Shown here one piece after another: positions 1 through 8,824 of a DNA stretch of 64,000 nt; position 1 is the first letter of the stretch, and every line of letters starts with the position of its first letter. This stretch comes from Verrucomicrobiota bacterium (GTDB taxonomy: Bacteria > Verrucomicrobiota > Verrucomicrobiia > Chthoniobacterales > UBA10450). The stretch lies in contig JBEEHR010000023.1 of the NCBI GenBank assembly GCA_041167505.1, forward strand, positions 21,214-85,213, in the 5' to 3' direction. The position numbers and the translations under genes were made by a program. The notes below the pieces were generated by a model that saw nothing but the letters and a program-made list of their open reading frames with translations, had not been told where the DNA came from and did no database searches.

Positions 1-345
1 CCAGGCGCTCCGAAGAACATGACCGTCACCTACGCGGCGGCCGGCGATCAAATCAAAGTGACCGTCGATGGCACCGACGCGGACGGAAAACCCGCTCACT
101 CGGAATGGACGGGCAAATTCGATGGCAAGGATTATCCGGTGACCGGCGATGCGACGGCCGATATGCGCTCCTATAAAAAGGAAGGGAAAGACACCGTCGA
201 GCTGACGAACAAGAAAGACGGCAAAGTCACGGTGAGCGGTAAAGTCGTGGTGTCGGCTGACGGCAAGACGCGCACGGTGACGCTCAGTACAACGGACGCG
301 AAGGGCGCGAAGGGCACGAGCACCGCGGTTTACGACAAGTCGTAG
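1..345 (+). CDS. hypothetical protein, C-terminal part (beta-rich, lipocalin-like?); 5' end outside window
   Basis: Frame 1 is open from nt 1 into the listed ORF 19..345. The sequence is Gly/Lys/Thr/Asp-rich and strand-like (KDGKVTVSGKVVVSADGKTRTVTL). I cannot name a motif with certainty. Confidence 0.45.
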   Translation, partial: PGAPKNMTVTYAAAGDQIKVTVDGTDADGKPAHSEWTGKFDGKDYPVTGDATADMRSYKKEGKDTVELTNKKDGKVTVSGKVVVSADGKTRTVTLSTTDAKGAKGTSTAVYDKS

Positions 346-350
346 GAAAT

Positions 351-656
351 TCAACGCCAGTGCCGGAGCACGCGATGCTCCGGCACGGCAGTTGGATGAT
401 CGCTGACGGTGCTAATCAGTTCCCGGCGGCGCAACAGATCGAGCGCGGTTTGAACGGCGCTTTTGGAAAGGCCCGTCTCTTCGGCGAGCGCGCGTAAACT
501 CGCGGCAACCGGTTTCCATCTTTGCCGCGCCGCCTGGCCGTAGAGGTAAATGTACACGAGATACGCGGCCGGTTGGCGGTCGTGGCCGACGATATCGCGT
601 ATGAGGACGTCGAGGACGTAGTCGTCGATCGGAATGGTCTGGCGAAAACGGGGCAT
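351..656 (-). CDS. small winged-helix/HTH DNA-binding protein, family unassigned
   Basis: 101-aa ORF. The segment LAEETGLSKSAVQTALDLLRRRELI reads as an HTH recognition region. It is divergent from the 853 gene. Confidence 0.5.
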   Translation of the reverse strand: MPRFRQTIPIDDYVLDVLIRDIVGHDRQPAAYLVYIYLYGQAARQRWKPVAASLRALAEETGLSKSAVQTALDLLRRRELISTVSDHPTAVPEHRVLRHWR

Positions 657-660
657 GGTT

Positions 661-737
661 ATCCGCAGATTACACAGATTTCCGCAGATTCATTTTGGCA
701 AATCTGCGTGAATCGGGACCATAGGGCATCTGCGGAT
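661..737. repeat. intergenic palindromic element (ATCCGCAGAT ... ATCTGCGGAT)
   Basis: 10-bp perfect terminal inverted repeat plus an inner GCAGATT/AATCTGC pairing. It lies between divergent gene starts. Confidence 0.6.
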
Positions 738-852
738 AAGAACACGCAGGAGGAAACTTGTTCAGCTATACCGATAAACGGACAACACTTTTTGCCGCGG
801 AGACGCGACTGGCGCTGGACGGCGTAACGGGCGCGGATTTAGCGTCGGCGCC

Positions 853-1218
853 ATGATTAAACAAGTTAAATTCGTTAGTATCCCAGTCGCCGATCAGAAC
901 CGGGCGCTGGATTTTTATACGGAGAAACTCGGGTTCACCATCATCACCGATCAGCCGTTCGATGAGAAACAGCGCTGGATCGAGCTGCGCGTGCCGAAGG
1001 CGGAGACGCGGGTGGTGTTGTTCACCGCCGAGGGCGAGGAGAAGCGGATCGGGTCGATGATGCCGATGTCGTACGCGTGCGACGACATCGACAAGACCTA
1101 CGAGGAATTGAAAGGGCGCGGCGTGGAGTTCGAAGGCCCGCCGCAGAAACAGCCCTGGGGCAAATACGCGATGTTCAAGGACAGCGAAGGTAATCGCTTC
1201 GTGCTCTCGGCGGACTAA
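853..1218 (+). CDS. VOC (glyoxalase/bleomycin resistance/dioxygenase) family protein
   Basis: 121 aa. FYTEKLGF near the N-terminus and GVEF..PWG..A.FKDSEGNRF.L at the C-terminus are typical of VOC modules. Confidence 0.8.
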   Translation: MIKQVKFVSIPVADQNRALDFYTEKLGFTIITDQPFDEKQRWIELRVPKAETRVVLFTAEGEEKRIGSMMPMSYACDDIDKTYEELKGRGVEFEGPPQKQPWGKYAMFKDSEGNRFVLSAD

Positions 1219-1228
1219 CAGTCCTAAT

Positions 1229-1249
1229 GGGACGGACAGAGCCCGTCCC
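1229..1249. terminator. GC-rich stem-loop between convergent genes (GGGACGG-loop-CCGTCCC)
   Basis: 7-bp stem seen directly, 11 nt after the VOC stop. No clear U-tract on either strand. Confidence 0.35.
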
Positions 1250-1266
1250 TCCAATGATCTGGCGAA

Positions 1267-1965
1267 TCACCACGGAATGACCTTGCGGTCTTTCACGAAT
1301 TTGCCGGTGAGATTGTGCGGCGCCTCGGTGGCGAGCCAGACGATGGTGGCGGCGCCTTCGCCGACGGAACGCGCGGCGCCGGGACCGCCCATGTCGGTCC
1401 GGACCCAGCCGGGACAGACGCTGTTGACGGTGCATTTCGGCAGCGCGGCTGCGAGTTGCACCGTGACGCCGTTCAACGCGGTCTTCGACACGCAATAGAC
1501 GGGCGCCCAGCCATCGGCGCCGTCCTCGAGCTGGCCGCCGCCGCTCGAGACATTCACGATCCGCGGCGCCTGGCTTTTTCCCAGGAGCGGCGCAAACGCC
1601 TGGGCAACGAGCCACGGGCCGAGCGTATTCGTGCGCAGTGTCGTCTCGAAAATTTCCGGCGTAAGGGTCAGCGCGGATTTGTCTTCATCGAGCAGGATGC
1701 CTGCATTGTTCACGAGCACATCGAGGCGGTCGCTTTGCCGGGAAAGTTCTTCCGCCGCGCCGCGGATGCTATTGGCGTCCGAGATATCGATCTTAAGAAA
1801 AATGACGTTGCCTTCCTCGCGCAACTTTTCCGCCGCCGCGCCTCCCGCCTTTTCATTTCGCGCTCCGAGAAAAACCCGAAAGCCCTGCCGCGCGAGCTGC
1901 CGCGCCACTTCAAACCCGATGCCCTTGTTTGCGCCGGTCACCAGCACCGTCTTCTGGTTTCTCAT
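1267..1965 (-). CDS. SDR family oxidoreductase (carbonyl-reductase-like)
   Basis: TGANKGIG cofactor motif, NNAG, and catalytic YCVSK (YxxxK). Confidence 0.85.
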   Translation of the reverse strand: MRNQKTVLVTGANKGIGFEVARQLARQGFRVFLGARNEKAGGAAAEKLREEGNVIFLKIDISDANSIRGAAEELSRQSDRLDVLVNNAGILLDEDKSALTLTPEIFETTLRTNTLGPWLVAQAFAPLLGKSQAPRIVNVSSGGGQLEDGADGWAPVYCVSKTALNGVTVQLAAALPKCTVNSVCPGWVRTDMGGPGAARSVGEGAATIVWLATEAPHNLTGKFVKDRKVIPW

Positions 1966-1976
1966 AGCAGATTAAC

Positions 1977-2062
1977 CTCACACAAAGGTCTCAAAGGGAC
2001 ACAACGGATTATCTTCAAATCCCGTTCTTCCCCTCGGTGAACCTTTGTGACCTTTGTGTGAG
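1977..2062. repeat. palindromic element, CACAAAGG word family
   Basis: CTCACACAAAGGTCTCAAAGG pairs 20/21 with CCTTTGTGACCTTTGTGTGAG across a 44-nt loop. A homologous copy lies at 51228-51305. Confidence 0.65.
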
Positions 2063-2068
2063 ATTTCC

Positions 2069-4099
2069 TCAGGGCGTAGCTGGTTTCGGCGTGATCCACT
2101 TGGCGTACCAATCGAGGTAGCGCTTGTAGCGGTCGATGATGTAGCTCGGCTTTCTCAGGCCGTGATTTTGGCCGGGATAAATCACGAGCTCGGTCGGCAC
2201 ACCCTGGCTGCGCAGCGCTTGATACATCTGCTCGCTGTTGAGAAGCGGCACATTGAAATCGGCTTCGCCGCACAGGAAGAGCGTGGGCGTCTTGATTTTG
2301 TCCGCGTGCAGGAACGGATACGAAAGGCGCATCCAGGTCTCTACGTTTTTCCAAGGAACCCCCAGTTCGTTTTCGTAATCGAGGATGTATTGGTCGGTCC
2401 CGTAACCGGCGAGGACGTTCGAGATCGACGCGCCGCTGGTGGCGGCCTTGAAACGCGTGGTCGTGGCGATCAGGTAGTTCGTGGAAATGCCGCCGTAACT
2501 CCAGCCGCCGACACCGAGCCGGTCCGGATCGGCGAGGCCGCGGGCCACGGCGTCGTCAACGGCCGCGAGGTCATCTTCCACGTCGCGATGTCCCCAATCG
2601 GCGTAAATCCCCAGGGCGAATTTCTCGCCGCGCCCTGTGGAACCGCGCGGGTTCGGCAGGATGACGGTGTATCCGTTGGCCGCGAAAAGTTGTGCGTCGA
2701 AGCTGAATTCGCAGGCGTACTGTGATTGCGGTCCGCCATGCGGCCGGAGCAACGCGGGCGGTTTAGTTCCCACAGCAGGCGACTCGAGTGGATTGACGAT
2801 GAATCCGTGAATCTCCGTGCCGTCTGCGCTTTTGAATTTCGTCTCGTCGACACGAGCAAGCCGAAGATCTTTCAGGAACGCTTCGTTGTGTTTCGTGAGA
2901 TCGCGGAGCTTATCTTTCTCGACCGCAAAAATTTCGTAGGGGCGATCGGGCGTGCTGGCGCGCACAACGATTTTTCCATCACGGCTCATATCGTAGGCGG
3001 TTACTTTCCGGCGACCAGTCGTGACCGGTTGAGGCGCGCCGCCATCAACCGGCACGCGAGTGAGCTGCTCCGCGCCGTCGTCTTCGACCACGATAAAGAT
3101 CGATTTCCCATCGGAGGCCCAATGCGGTTGGACCACGTTGCGATCGAGCTTTTCTGTCAACACTTTCGCCTGGCCGCCCGCCGCCGGAATGATCGCAAGG
3201 GAATGGACGGCGTATTCGATCTTCTTCGGATCGCCGCCGTGAATGTAAGCGATCCATTTCCCATCGGGACTCCAGGCTGGAGCGCTATCCCAATTCGGAT
3301 CTGGATCGGCCTCGGGCGAAGTGGTGAGCTGGCGCTCCTTCGCGCCGGGTTCGGAGCCAATCACCCAGACATCCCAGTTGTCGGTCCTGTCGGAATCGTC
3401 CCCGCGTTTGGTAACGAACGCAATCTCCTTCCCATCCGGGGACCACGCTGGCCAAAGGTCGTCGTGTTTGCCGGAAGTAAGCGGCTCGATCTTTCGCGAC
3501 GCGAGGTCGAGCAACTGCAAATGCGAATAGCGCTCCGTCAGATAGCCGTCCATGTCCTTCTTGAAAAAGAGGCGGTTGATCACGAGTGGAGGCACCGTCT
3601 TTTTCTCCTTCTCTTTCTTCTCGGGCTCGCGCGGATCGGGATCATGCAAAACGAGAGCGATCCGTTTCGAATCCGGCGACCAGGCAAAATCTTCGACGCC
3701 GCCTTTGGCATCAGTAACTTTTTCCGCTTCGCCGCCGCCGCTCGGCAGAATCCAGAGTTGATCGTTCTCGTTGTCGTCCTCGCGGCCGGAAAGGAAGGCG
3801 ATCCATTTTCCATCCGGACTCCAGCGGGGATGCTTCTGGCCTTTGTTCCCGAAAGTCAGGGCGCGATTCTCAGAGCCGTCCCACTTCGCGAGCCAGATAT
3901 TCCCGGGCCGTTTATCCTTCTCTATGTCGGTCGTCTTAACGACATAGACGATGTAGTTGCCGTCTGGCGAAATATTCGGTTCATCGACTTCACGCAACGC
4001 GGCCCAGTCTTCGGGCTTCGGAGCTCGGGGTGGGTCGGCCAGCGCGGAGGTCGCTACGATGAAGGTTAACAAAAAGAAGCGAAACGGAGAATGGTTCAT
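2069..4099 (-). CDS. S9 family serine peptidase (prolyl oligopeptidase/acylaminoacyl peptidase type) with N-terminal beta-propeller
   Basis: GWSYGG nucleophile elbow. Repeated SPDGK-W-AF propeller motifs. I chose the start at the internal MNHSPFRFFLLTF signal peptide (ATG at 4099) rather than the ORF maximum at 4204. Confidence 0.85.
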   Translation of the reverse strand: MNHSPFRFFLLTFIVATSALADPPRAPKPEDWAALREVDEPNISPDGNYIVYVVKTTDIEKDKRPGNIWLAKWDGSENRALTFGNKGQKHPRWSPDGKWIAFLSGREDDNENDQLWILPSGGGEAEKVTDAKGGVEDFAWSPDSKRIALVLHDPDPREPEKKEKEKKTVPPLVINRLFFKKDMDGYLTERYSHLQLLDLASRKIEPLTSGKHDDLWPAWSPDGKEIAFVTKRGDDSDRTDNWDVWVIGSEPGAKERQLTTSPEADPDPNWDSAPAWSPDGKWIAYIHGGDPKKIEYAVHSLAIIPAAGGQAKVLTEKLDRNVVQPHWASDGKSIFIVVEDDGAEQLTRVPVDGGAPQPVTTGRRKVTAYDMSRDGKIVVRASTPDRPYEIFAVEKDKLRDLTKHNEAFLKDLRLARVDETKFKSADGTEIHGFIVNPLESPAVGTKPPALLRPHGGPQSQYACEFSFDAQLFAANGYTVILPNPRGSTGRGEKFALGIYADWGHRDVEDDLAAVDDAVARGLADPDRLGVGGWSYGGISTNYLIATTTRFKAATSGASISNVLAGYGTDQYILDYENELGVPWKNVETWMRLSYPFLHADKIKTPTLFLCGEADFNVPLLNSEQMYQALRSQGVPTELVIYPGQNHGLRKPSYIIDRYKRYLDWYAKWITPKPATP

Positions 4100-4124
4100 A
4101 GCGTTACTTGATGCCGGATCAATC

Positions 4125-4143
4125 GGACGGGCGGCGCCCGTCC
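4125..4143. terminator. stem-loop GGACGGG-CGGCG-CCCGTCC downstream of the helicase gene
   Basis: 7-bp GC stem seen directly, between the helicase stop (4158) and the peptidase start (4099). No U-tract. Confidence 0.3.
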
Positions 4144-4157
4144 CTCCAGAGAAGAAG

Positions 4158-5375
4158 TTAGCGGCGGCGCCGGCCGAAGGAATAGCCGCGATGCGTCCGG
4201 CCACCGCCGATCGCGCGCTTACCGCCGGTCGTTGATTCGGGCTCGAAGAGAGCGGTGTAAAGATACGGGAAGCCGTCCAGTTTTAAGCGAGGAATCTTCT
4301 GTCCCATGAAGCGCTCAATCGAGTGGAGCGACGCCAGCTCTTCGCCGTTCATCAGGGTGAAAGCATCCCCGACGTTTTGGGCGCGGCCGGTCCGGCCGAT
4401 CCGGTGCACGTAGTCTTCGGGATGTTCGGGCACATCGTAATTGATGACGTGACTGACGCCGGCGATATCGATGCCCCGCGCCGCGATGTCGGTCGCGACC
4501 ATGATTTCGTATTTGCCGCTCTTGAACCCTTCGAGCGCTTCGACGCGCTCGCGCTGGGTGCGGTTCGAATGCATCACCGCGACCGAATGCTTCCCGGATT
4601 TCAACTTCACCGCGATCTTATCCGCGCCGTGTTTCGTCCGGCTGAAAATCAGGGCGCTGTCGAAATTCGTGCGTTCGAGCAACGCCATGAGCAGATCGAA
4701 TTTCTGTTCGGCCGCGACGGGATAAACCGCGTGGGTGACGGTTTCGGCGGGCGAACGCCGTGCGCCGATCTCCACCATCTCCGGCTCGCGCAAGACCCAG
4801 GCGGCCAGCCGCTCGATTTCCGGCGGGAGCGTTGCGGAAAAAAGTAACGTCTGCCGATCGCTGGAAATTTGCTCCACGATCCGGCGCACATCGGGGAGAA
4901 AACCCATGTCCAGCATGCGATCGACTTCATCGAGCACCAGGATCGTGACGTGGCGAAAGTTGAGTGAGCCTTGCTCGAGCAGATCGAGCAGCCGGCCCGG
5001 CGTGGCGACCACGATGTCCACGCCGCGTGCGGCTTCCTCGCGTTGTTTCCCGTACCCGACCCCGCCGTGGACAACGGAGACTTGCAAGTCGGTGAAGCGC
5101 CCGTAATCGCGAAAAGCGGTTTCGACTTGGGCGGCCAGTTCTCGGGTAGGCTCGAGAACCAGGCAGCGGAAATTCTTGTGCTTGGCCAGCACCGTGAGGA
5201 TCGGCAAGGCAAACGCGGCCGTCTTGCCAGTGCCGGTCTGCGCGGTGCCAATCAGGTCTTTTCCGGCGAGAACGATTGGGAAGGCGCGGAGCTGAATGGG
5301 CGTGGGCTCGCTAAATCCCATTGCCTGGGTCCCGCGGACGACTTCATTCGACAGGCCAAAATCTTTAAATGACAC
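4158..5375 (-). CDS. DEAD-box ATP-dependent RNA helicase (RhlE-like)
   Basis: Q-motif region, AQTGTGKT, DEVD (DEAD variant), SAT, HRIGRTGRA, and a basic RG-rich tail. Confidence 0.9.
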   Translation of the reverse strand: MSFKDFGLSNEVVRGTQAMGFSEPTPIQLRAFPIVLAGKDLIGTAQTGTGKTAAFALPILTVLAKHKNFRCLVLEPTRELAAQVETAFRDYGRFTDLQVSVVHGGVGYGKQREEAARGVDIVVATPGRLLDLLEQGSLNFRHVTILVLDEVDRMLDMGFLPDVRRIVEQISSDRQTLLFSATLPPEIERLAAWVLREPEMVEIGARRSPAETVTHAVYPVAAEQKFDLLMALLERTNFDSALIFSRTKHGADKIAVKLKSGKHSVAVMHSNRTQRERVEALEGFKSGKYEIMVATDIAARGIDIAGVSHVINYDVPEHPEDYVHRIGRTGRAQNVGDAFTLMNGEELASLHSIERFMGQKIPRLKLDGFPYLYTALFEPESTTGGKRAIGGGRTHRGYSFGRRRR

Positions 5376-5416
5376 GGGGCCAATCTACGCGTTGTTAGGC
5401 CCTCACACAACGGGAC

Positions 5417-5477
5417 TGTAGCCACGGCCGTCCGGGGAACGTCGGAAGAGGAAACGGCCCACAGGGTCGTGGCTACA
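5417..5477. repeat. palindromic element, CTGTAGCC family
   Basis: TGTAGCCACG ... CGTGGCTACA 10-bp inverted termini. Preceded at 5401-5413 by a CCTCACACAACGG fragment of the CACAAAGG family. Confidence 0.6.
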
Positions 5478-5487
5478 ACATGCGTTT

Positions 5488-5955
5488 GTGCGAGAATCTC
5501 GAATGCCAGGGTTGTTGCAGATATTCGTCCTCGCCGACACTCACGATAAACTCCCGCCGAAGATCGAGCCCATGGCAGCCTCGGCGGACGAAATCTGGCA
5601 TCTCGGGGATGTTTGCGACCCGGCAATCCTAAAAGCGATCGAGACGTTTGGGCCGCCGGTCACAATCGTGCGCGGGAATTGCGACGGCCAACCGGACTGG
5701 CCGCTAGTGGTTGACCTGAAGCGGAACCGGATTCGATTCCGGCTCGTTCACATTCCACCGGATCACGCGCCGGACGGCGTCGATGTGGTTTTGCACGGTC
5801 ATACGCACGTGCCGCGGGATGAACGTGTGGCGGGAGTGCGTTTCCTGAATCCGGGATGCGTGACGCGGCCCAACCGCGGAGCCGCGCCGAGCGTCGGGAT
5901 TCTGGAGATTGCCGCGGAAGGAAAAATGACGTGGCGGCTGCAGACGCTGCGCTGA
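5488..5955 (+). CDS. metallophosphoesterase, YfcE/MJ0936 family
   Basis: Motifs ADTHD, HLGDV, RGNCD and LHGHTH. A GTG at 5488 or the ATG at 5503 are both possible starts. Confidence 0.8.
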   Translation: MRESRMPGLLQIFVLADTHDKLPPKIEPMAASADEIWHLGDVCDPAILKAIETFGPPVTIVRGNCDGQPDWPLVVDLKRNRIRFRLVHIPPDHAPDGVDVVLHGHTHVPRDERVAGVRFLNPGCVTRPNRGAAPSVGILEIAAEGKMTWRLQTLR

Positions 5956-5999
5956 CTCGCGCGCCACTGACCGGACGCCCAGCGGGGCACGCGGCGAAA

Positions 6000-6218
6000 T
6001 TAACTGCCGGACACGACCTGAGTCGTAACGTTAGGGTCGGTGTTAGCGAACGGCGTGGGCACGCGCAGATGGGCGAATTGCCAGATGCCGACAACCGCGC
6101 TCAGGATGAGGAGGCCGTAGATTAAGGTCTCAAAAAGACCGCGTTCCTTTTCTTCCGCCTGCACGAGCATCGCGTAGGTCGATTTCCGAACTGGCTTGAG
6201 GGAGTTGTTTGTTTTCAT
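6000..6218 (-). CDS. small hypothetical membrane protein
   Basis: 72 aa with one hydrophobic helix (LIYGLLILSAVVGIWQF). No recognizable family. Confidence 0.35.
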   Translation of the reverse strand: MKTNNSLKPVRKSTYAMLVQAEEKERGLFETLIYGLLILSAVVGIWQFAHLRVPTPFANTDPNVTTQVVSGS

Positions 6219-6402
6219 AAGATTGCCCTCTCCTAATGCAATGGCCGTGCCAACAGCTAAGACAAAGTCTGAGCTCGCTCGCGTTAAGCGACTTAGAGAC
6301 GAATCGCAATCTCGCGAGGAACGGAATTTATTCCGTCGACGGGATCAGGCCGTTCCGATTTCGGGACGATAGATGCAGGTCCGGCAGGGCCACGGAAAGC
6401 GT

Positions 6403-6562
6403 GTCAGCCCGAGGCCGGCGAAGCGCGCCGAGGGACCTCTCAGGCGCTCAACCGCTTCCGCGCAACGACTGACATACACCGTCAGTGTGCGCGTGATGTT
6501 TCGCGGTAACGCAAGTTGCAAGTGCGAGGTCCCTCGGCGCGCTGTCGCCAGCCTCGGCATGC
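6403..6562. repeat. long hairpin element, GTCAxCCCGAGGC..CGCCGAGGGACC family
   Basis: The 35-nt arms GTCAGCCCGAGGCCGGCGAAGCGCGCCGAGGGACC and GGTCCCTCGGCGCGCTGTCGCCAGCCTCGGCATGC pair at about 29/35. It abuts the rplQ stop codon and has an inner ACTGAC/GTCAGT hairpin. Confidence 0.65.
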
Positions 6563-7036
6563 CTACTTCTCGTCGCTTTTCTTCGCCTTCTTTTCGGACT
6601 TCGGCTCCGAATCAGCGGCGGGCTTTTTGCCTTTGGCCTTCTTGCCCTTTTCTTCGGTTTCCGGTTCTTCGAGGACCAGCGGCGAGTCAACCCATTCAAT
6701 AAAGGCGACCGGCGCAGAATCGCTCTTCCGTGCGCCGAGCTTCACGATGCGCGTGTATCCGCCTTTGCGATCAGCGGAACGCGGCGCGATATCGTCGAAC
6801 AATTTCTTCACCGCGCCTTTTTGGCGGAGCACGGCCAGCGCGGTGCGCCGGGCATGGAGCGAACCTTTTTTCCCGAGCGTCACCATTTTTTCGGCGAGCG
6901 GGCGGACGGCTTTCGCCTTGGCCAGCGTCGTCTTGATGCGTTGATGCTCGATCAAACTGCAGACCTGGTTCGCCAGGAGTGCTTTCCGGTGCTCGGCCGT
7001 GCGGCCGAGTTTAACGGTTTTCTTTTGATGTCTCAT
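6563..7036 (-). CDS. rplQ: 50S ribosomal protein L17
   Basis: [24 protein letters not shown]...[14 protein letters not shown] is canonical L17. It carries an extra ~40-aa Lys/Glu-rich C-terminal tail. Confidence 0.95.
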   Translation of the reverse strand: MRHQKKTVKLGRTAEHRKALLANQVCSLIEHQRIKTTLAKAKAVRPLAEKMVTLGKKGSLHARRTALAVLRQKGAVKKLFDDIAPRSADRKGGYTRIVKLGARKSDSAPVAFIEWVDSPLVLEEPETEEKGKKAKGKKPAADSEPKSEKKAKKSDEK

Positions 7037-7074
7037 GGGTTCGTCCTCGCGGCAGACTCTCGCCTAACGACCGC

Positions 7075-8115
7075 TTATTTCTCTTCTTCCGTTGCGCCGC
7101 TGGTGCTGGCGCCATCCACGGAAACCGGCGTCTCCACCAGACCCGGATCGAATTTCATTCCAAGGCCGAGCTGCAATTGCTGGAGCTTGTCCTTGATTTC
7201 GTTGAGCGATTTCTTGCCGAAATTCCGATACTTGAGCATCTCGGCTTCCGTCTTCTGGGCAAGCTGGCCGACGGTGGTGATGTTCGCGTTGTTCAGGCAG
7301 TTCGCCGCGCGCACGCTCAAGTCGATCTCGTTGACACTCATGTTGAGCAGCTTCTTCAGCTTCATGTTTTCCTCGCTCACACCGGCTGGCGTTTCGTCGA
7401 ACTCGATGATGTCTTCGTTGAAGTTCACGAACACATCAAGGTGATGGCGCAGGATCGCCGAGGCCTGGAGCAGCGCGTCGTCCGGGGTGAGACGGCCGTC
7501 GGTCCAGACTTCGAGGATGAGCTTGTCGTAATCGGTCCGCTGACCGACGCGGGTGTTTTCGACCGCGTATTTCACGCGGGTCACCGGCGAGAAAATGGAA
7601 TCGATCGGGATCAGGCCAATCGGCTGATCGGCACGCTTGTTTTCATCGCCGGTGGCAAAGCCGCGGCCCACGCGCACTTCGAGTTCGGCGTCGAACTTGT
7701 GCTTCTTGTCCATCGTGCAGATGAGCTGCTTGGGATTCAGAACTTCGTAGCCTTGGACGAGCTGGATGTCGCCGGCGGTGACTTCGCCTTCCTTATTGAC
7801 CGAAAGCGAGAGCTTGCGCGGCTCGTGCTCGGTCGCCTTGAACTTGATCCGCTTCAGGTTGAGAACGATATCGGTCACGTCCTCGACAATGCCGGGCAGG
7901 GTGGCGAACTCGTGCTGCGCGCCGGTGATTTTGATCGCGGTGATGGCAGCGCCTTCCAGGGAAGAAAGAAGGACTCGGCGAAGCGAGTTGCCGACCGTGT
8001 GGCCGTAGCCGGCCTCAAAAGGTTCCGCGACGAAGCGCGCGTAGGTTTCCGTGGCGCCGTGCTCGTCCTTGACGAGGGTCTTCGGCATTTCAAAACGACC
8101 GTAATGAACTGGCAT
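7075..8115 (-). CDS. rpoA: DNA-directed RNA polymerase subunit alpha
   Basis: N-terminal dimerisation domain (GYGHTVGNSLRRVLLSSL) and alpha-CTD (IDLSVRAANCLNNANITTVGQL). Confidence 0.97.
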   Translation of the reverse strand: MPVHYGRFEMPKTLVKDEHGATETYARFVAEPFEAGYGHTVGNSLRRVLLSSLEGAAITAIKITGAQHEFATLPGIVEDVTDIVLNLKRIKFKATEHEPRKLSLSVNKEGEVTAGDIQLVQGYEVLNPKQLICTMDKKHKFDAELEVRVGRGFATGDENKRADQPIGLIPIDSIFSPVTRVKYAVENTRVGQRTDYDKLILEVWTDGRLTPDDALLQASAILRHHLDVFVNFNEDIIEFDETPAGVSEENMKLKKLLNMSVNEIDLSVRAANCLNNANITTVGQLAQKTEAEMLKYRNFGKKSLNEIKDKLQQLQLGLGMKFDPGLVETPVSVDGASTSGATEEEK

Positions 8116-8303
8116 ATGCTAATTTTCGATTGTTAGATCGAAATTCCTCCAAGCACCGGGTTACCCCTGACGAGTGCGGCCTCACGTCCAGCGACGGAAA
8201 CCCAGGGACCAACGGCGCAACTTCAAAAACTCGTTGCGGGACGGGAATGAACACCGCCGCGACGGCTTTGCAAGCGGGTTTTAGAATGCGTTCGGAGATT
8301 CTT

Positions 8304-8382
8304 CTGTAGCCGCCGCCCTGTGGGCGGCGTGAGGTGCGCCAACGCGCCTTTTCTCACGCTTCGCATAGCGAAGCGGCTACAG
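8304..8382. repeat. palindromic element, CTGTAGCCGC family
   Basis: CTGTAGCCGC ... GCGGCTACAG termini. Inner hairpins are GCCGCC-CTGTG-GGCGGC and CGCTTCGCATAGCGAAGCG. Near-identical organisation at 50402-50491. Confidence 0.7.
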
Positions 8383-8820
8383 CTACCCTTCCACGATTTC
8401 GTCCGGCAATTCGTTTGCCGACGGCCCAGTTTTCGGGAAATAGCGGGCCAGCAACTCCCCGGCCGATTCTATCCCTTCCACTAAAGCGTCCGTGAATTCC
8501 TCCCTCAGAAAATGGAGCCGCATCTTCTCGACCAGCGCCTGCCAAAATTTCTCGCCGCACTTCTGGTGAACGCCTTCGTCGCCGACTACTGCAAATTTCT
8601 GCGCTCGCGGCGCCACCAGGATCAGAATCGCGTTCCGTTCCTTTGTTTTGTGCATCCCGAGCTGGATGAATTTCTCTTGCGCCCGCTCCAAGGCGTCTTC
8701 CTCGAATTTTCCGCGCTGAAGGAAAACGCGGATTTGTCCGGAAGTCTTCGCTTCGGCCTCCTTGATGGCGCGAGTGATTCGATCGTGCTCGAGCTCGCGA
8801 ATGAATCTGTGGGTGCGCAT
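8383..8820 (-). CDS. TPM (TLP18.3/Psb32/MOLO-1) domain protein
   Basis: RITRAIKEAEAKTSGQIRVF...AILILVAPRAQKFAVVGD is TPM-like. The ATG at 8820 lies 4 nt after the upstream stop. The longer ORF to 8937 overlaps the upstream gene. Confidence 0.7.
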   Translation of the reverse strand: MRTHRFIRELEHDRITRAIKEAEAKTSGQIRVFLQRGKFEEDALERAQEKFIQLGMHKTKERNAILILVAPRAQKFAVVGDEGVHQKCGEKFWQALVEKMRLHFLREEFTDALVEGIESAGELLARYFPKTGPSANELPDEIVEG

Positions 8821-8824
8821 CAGG

